24,000 nucleotides of DNA from Enterobacter quasihormaechei (GCF_004331385.1 NZ_SJON01000029.1:414-24413); one strand, 5' to 3'; numbered from the stretch's first letter, positions 1 to 6,784 are shown. Made by a program: numbers and translations. Notes: generated from the letters alone by a model not told the origin.

Positions 1-70
1 GTTTCCGGTGACAGTTGCATGGTGTTCTCCTTTTGTTCTGTTTCCGGAGGCAATGCCTCCGGCTTTTCTG

Positions 71-481
71 TCAGGCCTCGAGCGCAGCGCGCAGGCGCAT
101 CATGACGTCGTTTTCTTCTTTCAGGGTTTCTTCTGCCGATCCGCCGCCATCCTCCGCGCATACTGCGATACGTTGCATCTCCCGTCCTGCAAGCTGCATG
201 ACTAAGGCCAGCGATTTCGCGGGAATAGTCACGGTTCGCTTCTCGCGTCGCTCATCGAGCATGGTTTCGACAATCGCCCGTATCTGGCCGATATCCGCGC
301 CACTTTCAAGGCATGAACTTAGCCGACGCAGGACTTCATCCAGTTCCTCATCGGTTAAATCCCAGTCAAGGCAGACGCAACGAATGTCATTTCGATTCCA
401 GCAGGCGAAAACGTATTTCTCGCCATCGAGGTCGGAATGTCTGAACATTTCAAGGGCAATTTCTCTTGCTGTACCAATCAT
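71..481 (-). CDS. Leading-region hypothetical protein (136 aa), paralog of 1309..1731; possibly DUF1380-like (family name from memory, unverified)
   Basis: Intact ORF with an AAGGAG Shine-Dalgarno about 7 nt upstream of the ATG at 481. Shares the N-terminal M-x-GT-x-E motif and the R-x-V-[TS]-[IV]-P-A...L block with the 140-aa ORF at 1309..1731. Lies directly downstream of klcA on the same strand. Confidence 0.6.
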   Translation of the reverse strand: MIGTAREIALEMFRHSDLDGEKYVFACWNRNDIRCVCLDWDLTDEELDEVLRRLSSCLESGADIGQIRAIVETMLDERREKRTVTIPAKSLALVMQLAGREMQRIAVCAEDGGGSAEETLKEENDVMMRLRAALEA

Positions 482-523
482 GTTTTTCTCCTTTTATCGG
501 GCGGCATCGCCGCCCGTGGTCAG

Positions 524-952
524 TCAGTCAAGGGCACGCCAGATGGTGGCGCTTTCCGGATGGGTGTCAGCAAATGCCATAAGCTGCTCATAGCGACGGC
601 AGAAGTGGCGGCACAGCTCTTCATGGTCATGGTTGCTGTGGTGCCAGCTCCGGTGATTCAGTACCAGCGCCGTGAGAATGATCCCCGCCACTTCCCCGCT
701 GACAGTCTGCTCAAACCAGTTGTCCGGATTGCACAGGGTCAGGCTCTCCACGTCAGGCGCCATATATCCGCCACCTTCCGGCAGCCGGTAAAACTGCCAG
801 AATCCCCCCTGATACTCAGGGCAGTAACGCTGGGCATAGGCGTACACGGATGCCTCGGACGTCATAAAATCGCCGCCAAACAAATCAGGCAGGAAAGTCA
901 GGCGCTGCGCACCCTCAAGACGAACAGCATCACAGGTCACGGTCTGGTTCAT
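524..952 (-). CDS. klcA: Antirestriction protein KlcA/ArdB family (142 aa)
   Basis: From MNQTVTC the protein reads ...RLTFLPDLFGGDFMTSEASVYAYAQRYCPEYQGGFWQFYRLPEGGGYMAPD...IWRALD. This matches the KlcA/ArdB pattern I recall (LDFLPxxFG, ALVYxW, YxGxxWxxYxLxxGGFYMAPD, C-terminal IYRAID). GGAGGA RBS lies before the ATG at 952. The track start at 1030 runs into the upstream repeat and is rejected. Confidence 0.85.
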   Translation of the reverse strand: MNQTVTCDAVRLEGAQRLTFLPDLFGGDFMTSEASVYAYAQRYCPEYQGGFWQFYRLPEGGGYMAPDVESLTLCNPDNWFEQTVSGEVAGIILTALVLNHRSWHHSNHDHEELCRHFCRRYEQLMAFADTHPESATIWRALD

Positions 953-1009
953 AGATCCTCCACGGTTAACATATTCTCGGTTCCGGCATCGCCGTGACGA
1001 CACGACAGA

Positions 1010-1164
1010 CCGGCGAAAAGCGGAGGACACAGGGGCGACGCCGCAAGCCGCAGCGCAAAGCCTTCACGGGCTGAATGCACCGTGAAGGGTGCGAACGGGT
1101 GAGGACGGAGGCGTGAGCGAACCCTTGTGGCCGATGCGGCCGGGCTACAGTGAAGTCACGGCGC
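1010..1164 (-). repeat. GC-rich hairpin repeat copy 1 (Frpo-like candidate single-strand promoter) upstream of klcA
   Basis: About 155 bp, closely similar to 2750..2904 and 3735..3889. Central stem CCTTCACGG (1061-1069) / CCGTGAAGG (1080-1088) around the loop GCTGAATGCA. Ends 58 nt before the klcA start. Confidence 0.6.
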
Positions 1165-1308
1165 ATGCCGTCACCGCACGGAGCTTCAGGGGAGTTTCAT
1201 TGTCCCGACGTGGCCCGGAGGGCAGCGGCGGATAGAAGCGGAAGGCACTGACATCCTTTTCGCTGTGGATGTCCACCGGTTGCCGGGGCGTTACCCCGGC
1301 TCTTTCCC

Positions 1309-1731
1309 TTACGCGGCCAGCGTCTCCTGTAAGGCGTGAACGTCCTTCAGCTCATTCCTGACGGATTCAGGCTCCTGCCGCCCGGCTTCCCAGGCCATAC
1401 CGATCCGGTTTTCCAGCTCACATTCATAGTTACGCAGGACGCGGGACAGGAGTACCGCCGGAACACTCACCTGACGGTTTGCCGCTTCCCGCTGACGGGC
1501 CAGGAGATCGCTGACAGTCAGATTATTTACCCCCTCCTGGCGGTATTGCGTCATTTTCATTTCGCCGATCGCCTTCATCAGATTCCGGATTTCAGCCCCG
1601 TCCGGTTCTGGCTGGGCTTCACGGCAGGCCACGCTAATCCCCTCTTCCGTCCAGACCAGCAGGACCAGGGGTTCGTCAAACGTGAACATGTTTTCAAGCT
1701 GTACACAAAGTTCTTCGCGGGTTCCGTACAT
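1309..1731 (-). CDS. Leading-region hypothetical protein (140 aa), paralog of 71..481
   Basis: Intact ORF, same strand as its neighbours. Alignable by eye to the 136-aa ORF: MYGTREEL vs MIGTAREI, RQVSVPAVLLSRVL vs RTVTIPAKSLALVM, C-terminal LQETLAA vs LRAALEA. Confidence 0.6.
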   Translation of the reverse strand: MYGTREELCVQLENMFTFDEPLVLLVWTEEGISVACREAQPEPDGAEIRNLMKAIGEMKMTQYRQEGVNNLTVSDLLARQREAANRQVSVPAVLLSRVLRNYECELENRIGMAWEAGRQEPESVRNELKDVHALQETLAA

Positions 1732-1786
1732 CGTTTGTTCTCTCTTGTAAGGGGTTACAGACCGGGCATCAGCCCGGCAGGGTCAG

Positions 1787-2008
1787 TCAGTCCTGAAAGG
1801 TTTCGTCCAGCACCAGGGCTTCGCGGTAGGCTTCAAGAAGCAGGGTGTTGATCCGGCGCAGAGTCTGCGCAGCCATACGTTCGGTAAGCGTTGCCGCGTC
1901 GTGCCGGTGCTGCGATTCGAGGCGGTTCAGCAGCATCCGCACGTCACACATGGCATTGCTGAGCGCGGCCACGTCCGCGCGCAGGTTTTCAAGGCCCGGG
2001 TAGTTCAT
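1787..2008 (-). CDS. Hypothetical 73-aa helical protein, translationally coupled to the methyltransferase
   Basis: Its ATG overlaps the methyltransferase stop as ATGA (2005-2008). No motif recognised. Confidence 0.5.
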   Translation of the reverse strand: MNYPGLENLRADVAALSNAMCDVRMLLNRLESQHRHDAATLTERMAAQTLRRINTLLLEAYREALVLDETFQD

Positions 2009-2697
2009 GCCGCCTCCGGATAGTCGGGGTAAAACGCGCCGTCATTGGCCGCCGGCATCCTTCTTGCCCGTTCAACCTGTGCCAGACGTCGAACGCCGGC
2101 GGCGTGGTACTGCTCAAGCATCTCGATCCCGATATAGCGGCGGCTGGCTTCGGCGGCGGCCACGCAGGTGGAGCCGCTGCCGGCGAACGGGTCAAGGACA
2201 ATAGCCCCCGGACGCGTGAGCGATTCAATCAGCGGCCGCAGGCTCTGCACCGGCTTCTCCGTCGGGTGATGTCGGTTGCCCGTGTATTTCCAGGGGATCA
2301 CGTCCGGGATGGGACGGTCCGGGGTTTGCGGCCTTCCCTTTGCCAGCAGGTAGGCACTCTCATGGGTGTAACCCACGAACGTCGATTTTGAGGCGTAGCT
2401 CTTGGCAAAGACGATATGGCCAACCACCCGGAAACCGGCCGTTTTCCACGCATTCAGAAACAGATCCGCGCGGTTCCAGGCATAGAAACTCACCATCAGG
2501 CTGTCATTTTTCAGCACGCGGTACATTTCATGACAGGCGGGCTGGAGCCATTCTGCTGAGTTGTCCCCGGCCAGGGTACGACCGGTACGGTCCTTATAGC
2601 CAACCAGATACGGTGGATCGGTAAGAATAAAATCGACGGCACGCGCCGGAAAACGGGACATCACCTGCACGCAGTCACCCAGAATAAAACGGGACAT
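2005..2697 (-). CDS. Orphan DNA methyltransferase, beta-class (DPPY then FxGxG), probably N6-adenine (230 aa)
   Basis: From MSRFILGDC: motif IV FILTDPPYL lies near the N-terminus and the AdoMet motif LDPFAGSGST near the C-terminus. GAGGAG RBS precedes the ATG at 2697. No restriction endonuclease partner is adjacent. The track N-terminal extension to 3006 crosses the repeat and is rejected. Confidence 0.85.
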   Translation of the reverse strand: MSRFILGDCVQVMSRFPARAVDFILTDPPYLVGYKDRTGRTLAGDNSAEWLQPACHEMYRVLKNDSLMVSFYAWNRADLFLNAWKTAGFRVVGHIVFAKSYASKSTFVGYTHESAYLLAKGRPQTPDRPIPDVIPWKYTGNRHHPTEKPVQSLRPLIESLTRPGAIVLDPFAGSGSTCVAAAEASRRYIGIEMLEQYHAAGVRRLAQVERARRMPAANDGAFYPDYPEAA

Positions 2698-2720
2698 AGA
2701 CACACTCCTCTCTGATATGC

Positions 2721-2904
2721 GGCACCCTCTTGCGCCGTGCCGCCACAAAAACCCGGCGAAAAGCGGAGGGCGCAGGGGCGACGCCGCAAGCCGCAGCGCA
2801 AGCCTTTCACGGGCTGAATGCACCGTGAAAGGTGCGAACGGGTGAGGACGGAGACAAGTGAACCCTTGCGACCGCAGCGGCCGGGTTAGCGTGAAGGCAC
2901 GGCG
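2721..2904 (-). repeat. GC-rich hairpin repeat copy 2 (Frpo-like candidate single-strand promoter) upstream of the methyltransferase
   Basis: Near-identical to 3706..3889, including the 5'-UTR-proximal GGCACCCTCTTGCGCCGTGCCGCCACAAAAAC block. Perfect 10-bp stem 2803-2812 / 2823-2832 with loop GCTGAATGCA. Ends 24 nt before the start codon. Confidence 0.6.
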
Positions 2905-3056
2905 TTGAACACGCCGCCGGCTGGCGGCAATAAGGCGGAGGGAACCGACATCCTTCGGTACCGGTTCTGGTAGCTGATGAGTCCGTGAGTGTATGGCAGA
3001 ATGCACACTGATAATGGATTCGCGCCGTTATCTGACATGTGTGCCTTTGATTTCAG

Positions 3057-3086
3057 GACGTCCCCGACCGGAGACGTCTTTTTTTT
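3057..3086 (+). terminator. Rho-independent terminator-like hairpin, plus-strand orientation
   Basis: GACGTC (3057-3062) pairs with GACGTC (3073-3078), followed by T8 (3079-3086). The T-run is present only in the plus sense. Confidence 0.45.
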
Positions 3087-3185
3087 GAGTCGGATATATG
3101 GCAGGTGAAAGTGCGAAGTGATTATGTGATTATCAGCGCCGAAAACATCTTAAGGGTTTTCACCTGTAACGAATTGCATGGCTTC

Positions 3186-3219
3186 AGGACACCCCCTCCC
3201 CGGATGGTGTCCTTTTTTT
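3186..3219 (+). terminator. Rho-independent terminator, plus-strand orientation, abutting the stop codon of the minus-strand ORF 3219..3686
   Basis: AGGACACC (3186-3193) pairs with GGTGTCCT (3206-3213), followed by a T-run to 3219. No T-run follows the hairpin in the minus sense. Confidence 0.55.
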
Positions 3220-3686
3220 CAGCGCCCCTTCACGTGGTCGATAGCGAACTGCAGCGTGTCCCAGTTAAAACCGATGCCTGCATCGTGGCTGTGGTCGCAG
3301 ATACGCATGGCTTCTGCAATTTCTTCCTCCGACAGACTGTCATCAAGCGACAGAAAATCATCTTCCAGCCAGAACGTCCCCATACACAGTGCATCCGGTG
3401 GGTACTGCTTCAGCCTGGCGATGAGCCCTGCCACCGTCACATCATCACGACATGCAGGACGCGACGGCAGGACGCGATCGGCGATGTCGTTCCAGCACCA
3501 GTCATCGCACTCCGGTACGGGTTCCAGCAGGGTCTGTAATTCCACGCCCGGCAGCTGGGAGAGCTGCTCCAGAACCTCCCCCAGAGAAAGTCGCTCTCCG
3601 CTGGCATCTTCACTCCCCAGGTAATGGTGATTGATATAGACGGCAAACTCGCCGTTATCGAGTTCAATACAGGTCAGTCTGAACAT
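3219..3686 (-). CDS. Highly acidic leading-region protein (155 aa); candidate anti-defence/DNA-mimic protein, function unknown
   Basis: From MFRLTCIELDNGEF I count 31 D+E versus 10 K+R. GAGGA RBS lies about 8 nt before the ATG at 3686. Directly preceded by repeat copy 3. The track extension to 3932 crosses the repeat. Confidence 0.6.
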   Translation of the reverse strand: MFRLTCIELDNGEFAVYINHHYLGSEDASGERLSLGEVLEQLSQLPGVELQTLLEPVPECDDWCWNDIADRVLPSRPACRDDVTVAGLIARLKQYPPDALCMGTFWLEDDFLSLDDSLSEEEIAEAMRICDHSHDAGIGFNWDTLQFAIDHVKGR

Positions 3687-3705
3687 GGTTGTGTCCTCAG
3701 CATCC

Positions 3706-3889
3706 GGCACCCTCTTGCGCCGTGCCGCCACAAAAACACGGCGTAAAGCGGAGGACGCCAGGGCGACGCCGAAGCCGCAGCGCAAGCCCTTCACGGGCTG
3801 AATGCACCGTGCAGGGCGCGAACGGGTGAGGACGGAGACAACGTGAACCCTTGCGACCGCAGCGGCCGGGTTAGCGTGAAGGCACGGCG
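3706..3889 (-). repeat. GC-rich hairpin repeat copy 3 (Frpo-like candidate single-strand promoter) upstream of the acidic ORF
   Basis: Same unit as 2721..2904. The central stem has one mismatch (CCCTTCACGG / CCGTGCAGGG). Ends 20 nt before the start codon at 3686. Confidence 0.6.
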
Positions 3890-4006
3890 GGTAATTTCTT
3901 ACGGGAGATATAAAGCGGAGGGAAAATTTCACATTAAATTAAAATGTGATTTACATCACAAAACAATACATTATAATCGCCGAAAAATTAAGCGATTAGT
4001 TTTGAC

Positions 4007-4041
4007 GGCAGGGATGAGATGTCACCCTGCCGTTTTTTTTT
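4007..4041 (+). terminator. Rho-independent terminator, plus-strand orientation
   Basis: GGCAGGG (4007-4013) pairs with CCCTGCC (4025-4031), then G plus T9 (4033-4041). Followed by a perfect 15-bp-stem hairpin at 4042-4075. Confidence 0.55.
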
Positions 4042-4144
4042 GTCCTGCATTGTCCTCTTCAGGACAATGCAGGACAGAGGGTTACAGGATTGAGAGAATG
4101 CCAGCCGAAGATTGGAATCTGGAAGTGGGCAGCTGGCACGAAAC

Positions 4145-4525
4145 TTATTTAGCTGTTTTGCAGGCTGAGACTAACGATGATCGGAGTACGCGAAACTCTA
4201 TCACGTCGTTACGCCCGAGGAGCTTGAGGGCGTCTGGGGAACAGGCCATTGCAGCCTTCAGTGCCAGTGAAATGGCGAGGCTGCGGTAGCGGTTTTGCAG
4301 CATGATGGGAGCATCAGCAGGCACTGCGTCAGACACCTGTAGATACGCTTTCCATGCATCTGGCTGTGCCAAAGCATCACGTTCCACGGCTTCGAGCTGG
4401 TCTTCACGTTCCTTTTGCTTTTGCTTGGCCATCTGGTCAAGAACCGCCACTGTGGCTGCCGCATTCACCGCACCAGGTATTGCCAGTGTGAGCGCCACAA
4501 ACAAAATTGCAGTATTACACTTCAT
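4145..4525 (-). CDS. Exported hypothetical protein (126 aa) with Sec signal peptide
   Basis: The N-terminus MKCNTAILFVALTLAIPGAVNA-AAT is a classical signal peptide with an AxA cleavage site. Its start overlaps the stop of a 33-codon upstream ORF (ATGA). Confidence 0.6.
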   Translation of the reverse strand: MKCNTAILFVALTLAIPGAVNAAATVAVLDQMAKQKQKEREDQLEAVERDALAQPDAWKAYLQVSDAVPADAPIMLQNRYRSLAISLALKAAMACSPDALKLLGRNDVIEFRVLRSSLVSACKTAK

Positions 4526-4623
4526 TTGTCCTCCTCATTGTTGTTCATCTCCCTTATGTCCTGACAGTTCAACAGCTCGCTGGCCTCCGCCAGCGTCAGC
4601 CCCGCTCTCTCAACCCTTTGCAT
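4522..4623 (-). CDS. Possible 33-aa small protein (MQRVERAGLTLAEASELLNCQDIREMNNNEEDK)
   Basis: Not in the ORF track because it is under 60 aa. GGGAGGG Shine-Dalgarno lies 4-5 nt upstream of the ATG at 4623. Its stop overlaps the next ATG (ATGA at 4522-4525). Confidence 0.35.
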   Translation of the reverse strand: MQRVERAGLTLAEASELLNCQDIREMNNNEEDK

Positions 4624-4670
4624 CAGTCCCTCCCGGGCTGTCTGGTTACCATTCTGAATGATGTTCCTGC

Positions 4671-4934
4671 TCAGGATCGGTTCTTCGGCTTTTTATCGTC
4701 AAACGCCAGGAGAACACCGAGGCCGATCAGCGAGGCGTAGCAGACCTGCATCGCAATTGTCACCGGCAGGGAGATATTATCAACCAGAACACCGGGAACC
4801 ACGACGGCAACACCTGCCAGTATCATTCCCCTGCCGATCTTTTTTACCCGTTCCGGCCACTGAGATTCAGGCACGTTCCGGGCGCGCAGAAAGTTATGAA
4901 TGCACTGCTCTGCTTTTTGTTTAATCACTGACAT
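4671..4934 (-). CDS. Small membrane protein (87 aa, two hydrophobic spans)
   Basis: Hydrophobic spans GMILAGVAVVVPGVLV and VTIAMQVCYASLIGLGVLLAF. The start lies 3 nt after the stop of the upstream ParR-like gene. Confidence 0.55.
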   Translation of the reverse strand: MSVIKQKAEQCIHNFLRARNVPESQWPERVKKIGRGMILAGVAVVVPGVLVDNISLPVTIAMQVCYASLIGLGVLLAFDDKKPKNRS

Positions 4935-4937
4935 GTT

Positions 4938-5600
4938 CTAGTCTCCGAATGCCCGGCGCATATTTTTCTTTATCCTGGTCGCTTCAGCGGATACCGGTGC
5001 GGCAGGCTCCGCTGGTTTCTCCGGCACTGCAGCCATACTCACGTCAGCCGTACCAGCCATCTGCTGAACCAGAACCTGCAGCTCGCTGACCGTGCCGGGC
5101 GGTACCGGCATACTGGCCAGCAGACGCGGCAGCTCCGGTGCGGTCGTATGCAGGGCCAGACCGGTGATAATCAGGTTTCTCAGCAGCTCTCCGCGCAGGC
5201 GGGATGACACGCCCGTCAGCACACGCTCAACCCGTTCACTGCTCCGGTCATCCTGAAGCGTCAGGGTGTAACGCCGGCGCTGGTATTCCGTCTCCGGTGA
5301 CATGGCCAGAGCCGCCACGCCACCATCAGGCTCATCAGGAAGTCCTGAGAGTGAAGACCAGGTGCCGGATACCAGCGCCATCACGGCACAAAGCCGGATA
5401 GCGCTCAGATGCCCGTCAAAGAACACCGGGATCAGCGCCGGTAAACGTGCATCCGTCTGGTACATCACCGCCCCGGCGGTGGCGGCGGTCCGGATGAAGT
5501 CACCACGCAGGGGCTGTGAGATGGTGCTGATGGTCGCCATCGCCGCGATGTCGGTGCGATCGTCGCTGTGCAGATAGAAAGAATACTGGCCGTCCGGCAC
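4938..5600 (-). CDS. Putative ParR/StbB-type partition adaptor (220 aa), assigned by position only
   Basis: Begins 2 nt after the parM stop, the standard parM-parR order. No motif recognised, and it is longer than R1 ParR. Confidence 0.5.
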   Translation of the reverse strand: MPDGQYSFYLHSDDRTDIAAMATISTISQPLRGDFIRTAATAGAVMYQTDARLPALIPVFFDGHLSAIRLCAVMALVSGTWSSLSGLPDEPDGGVAALAMSPETEYQRRRYTLTLQDDRSSERVERVLTGVSSRLRGELLRNLIITGLALHTTAPELPRLLASMPVPPGTVSELQVLVQQMAGTADVSMAAVPEKPAEPAAPVSAEATRIKKNMRRAFGD

Positions 5601-5602
5601 GT

Positions 5603-6577
5603 TTAGTCCTCTTTATTGTAAAGGGCAATCTCTCTGGCCAGCGCCAGCTGCGGATCGCCGATAACCTCGATACGGTCAGGAGCCAGAGGCCAGGCCTGAC
5701 GGATAGCCTCTTCAATGAGGGATGCCCCTCCCCCGACCAGGAATACCCGGTTAACGTTCCTGAAGGCCGTCAGCTCACTGGTGACGCGCGCGCCCAGGGA
5801 AGTGATTGCCTCTGTAATTTTGTTCAGAACATTGTCAATTTTTCCGGCATCGTTGATCACTCGCTGCAGATACTGACGATCATTGCGGTTGCGGATGACC
5901 GTGTCAGCAATAAGCGCGCTGGTTTCGCTGTCTGCAGCCCGCAGCGCGCCTGCAGCTGCGCGGGTGACCTGTGACACGCCGACAGACGGATTGCCGTGTA
6001 CCGCACTGATATCATCAAACTGTCCGACAATCACGCCGGCATCGAGCGTGGTTCCGCCGAGATCGATAATCAGTGTGGTCTCAGCGGGTCCGGGCTTCAG
6101 CTCGGCGAGACGGGAGAACGCCGCCGGCAGTGATTCCGGCATCACCTTCACGTCCGTTACGGTAAATGCCCTGCCCTTATTCAGAACCAGCTCACGCATC
6201 AGGTTTTCCCGTTTGCGTCGGATGTTCTCCTCGTTCCGCTGGCAGTCCCCGTCATAATACTCGCTCAGGGGCAGCGTCACGGTCAGGCTCACCGGCTGCG
6301 GCTCAAGTCCGCTGTTCAGCAGGGCATGATGCACGGCCAGCAGGTTGAGATCACCGTACTGGTATTCCACGTTTGTCGTCGGGATGGCATCCCGGCTGAC
6401 GCTGTCCCAGGTGTATTTCAGCGTGCCCACCTGATAGTTGAACGTTGCGGCACTGAATTCCGCCACTTTCCAGCCATGCCGGAAGGAGTTAGCTGAAACC
6501 CGGGTCTGCAGCTCGTTTCCTTCAAACCATGCCAGCTTAACATTAGTTGAACCATCATCGCAGTAAATATTCATCAT
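5603..6577 (-). CDS. parM: Actin-like plasmid segregation ATPase ParM/StbA (324 aa)
   Basis: Actin-fold phosphate motifs: N-terminal IYCDDGSTNVK, IIDLGGTTLD and the C-terminal FLVGGGA. GGAG RBS. Followed by an adaptor-position gene and preceded by an AT-rich repeat region. Confidence 0.85.
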   Translation of the reverse strand: MMNIYCDDGSTNVKLAWFEGNELQTRVSANSFRHGWKVAEFSAATFNYQVGTLKYTWDSVSRDAIPTTNVEYQYGDLNLLAVHHALLNSGLEPQPVSLTVTLPLSEYYDGDCQRNEENIRRKRENLMRELVLNKGRAFTVTDVKVMPESLPAAFSRLAELKPGPAETTLIIDLGGTTLDAGVIVGQFDDISAVHGNPSVGVSQVTRAAAGALRAADSETSALIADTVIRNRNDRQYLQRVINDAGKIDNVLNKITEAITSLGARVTSELTAFRNVNRVFLVGGGASLIEEAIRQAWPLAPDRIEVIGDPQLALAREIALYNKED

Positions 6578-6589
6578 TATGCTCCGTTA

Positions 6590-6730
6590 ATTAAACTCAA
6601 TTTGATACATATTATAAGAGCAAAATGGCAAAACAAAAGCCTTATTTTCTCATTGTGAGTAATTTAAATATCTCATAATGAGAATAAATAGCATTTTGAG
6701 TAACTTAGATTACTCACCCTGTTCATGAAG
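6590..6730. promoter_or_regulatory. parC-like centromere/promoter region upstream of parM
   Basis: AT-rich. Three direct copies of a TGAG(T/A)A(A/T) motif (GTGAGTAA 6656, ATGAGAAT 6678, TTGAGTAA 6696) plus one inverted copy (TTACTCAC 6711), at roughly 15-22 bp spacing. Confidence 0.4.
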
Positions 6731-6764
6731 CAGGTGATCTGGATTATCCTCGCGCTGTTAAATA

Positions 6765-6784
6765 TACTGTATGCATAACCAGTA
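6765..6784 (+). promoter_or_regulatory. LexA (SOS) box
   Basis: TACTGTATGCATAACCAGTA fits the consensus TACTG-N10-CAGTA exactly, 22 nt upstream of the umuD-like start. Confidence 0.85.

Noticed and set aside
966-1166. 66-aa ORF, together with the N-terminal extensions of ORFs 524..1030, 2005..3006 and 3219..3932
   Set aside because: All of them read through copies of the GC-rich hairpin repeat. Each real gene has a good RBS and ATG downstream of the repeat, at 952, 2697 and 3686.
3105-3624. Plus-strand ORFs 3105..3539, 3178..3624 and 3452..3634
   Set aside because: They are antisense shadows of the acidic ORF in GC-rich DNA, they read through an intrinsic terminator, and they have no RBS.
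1-6600. Searched the leading-region part for hok/sok-type toxin ORFs, and for ssb, psiB and an oriT nick region
   Set aside because: I recognised no Hok-like peptide ORF, no SSB or PsiB signature and no oriT. If present, they lie outside the window, presumably to the left.
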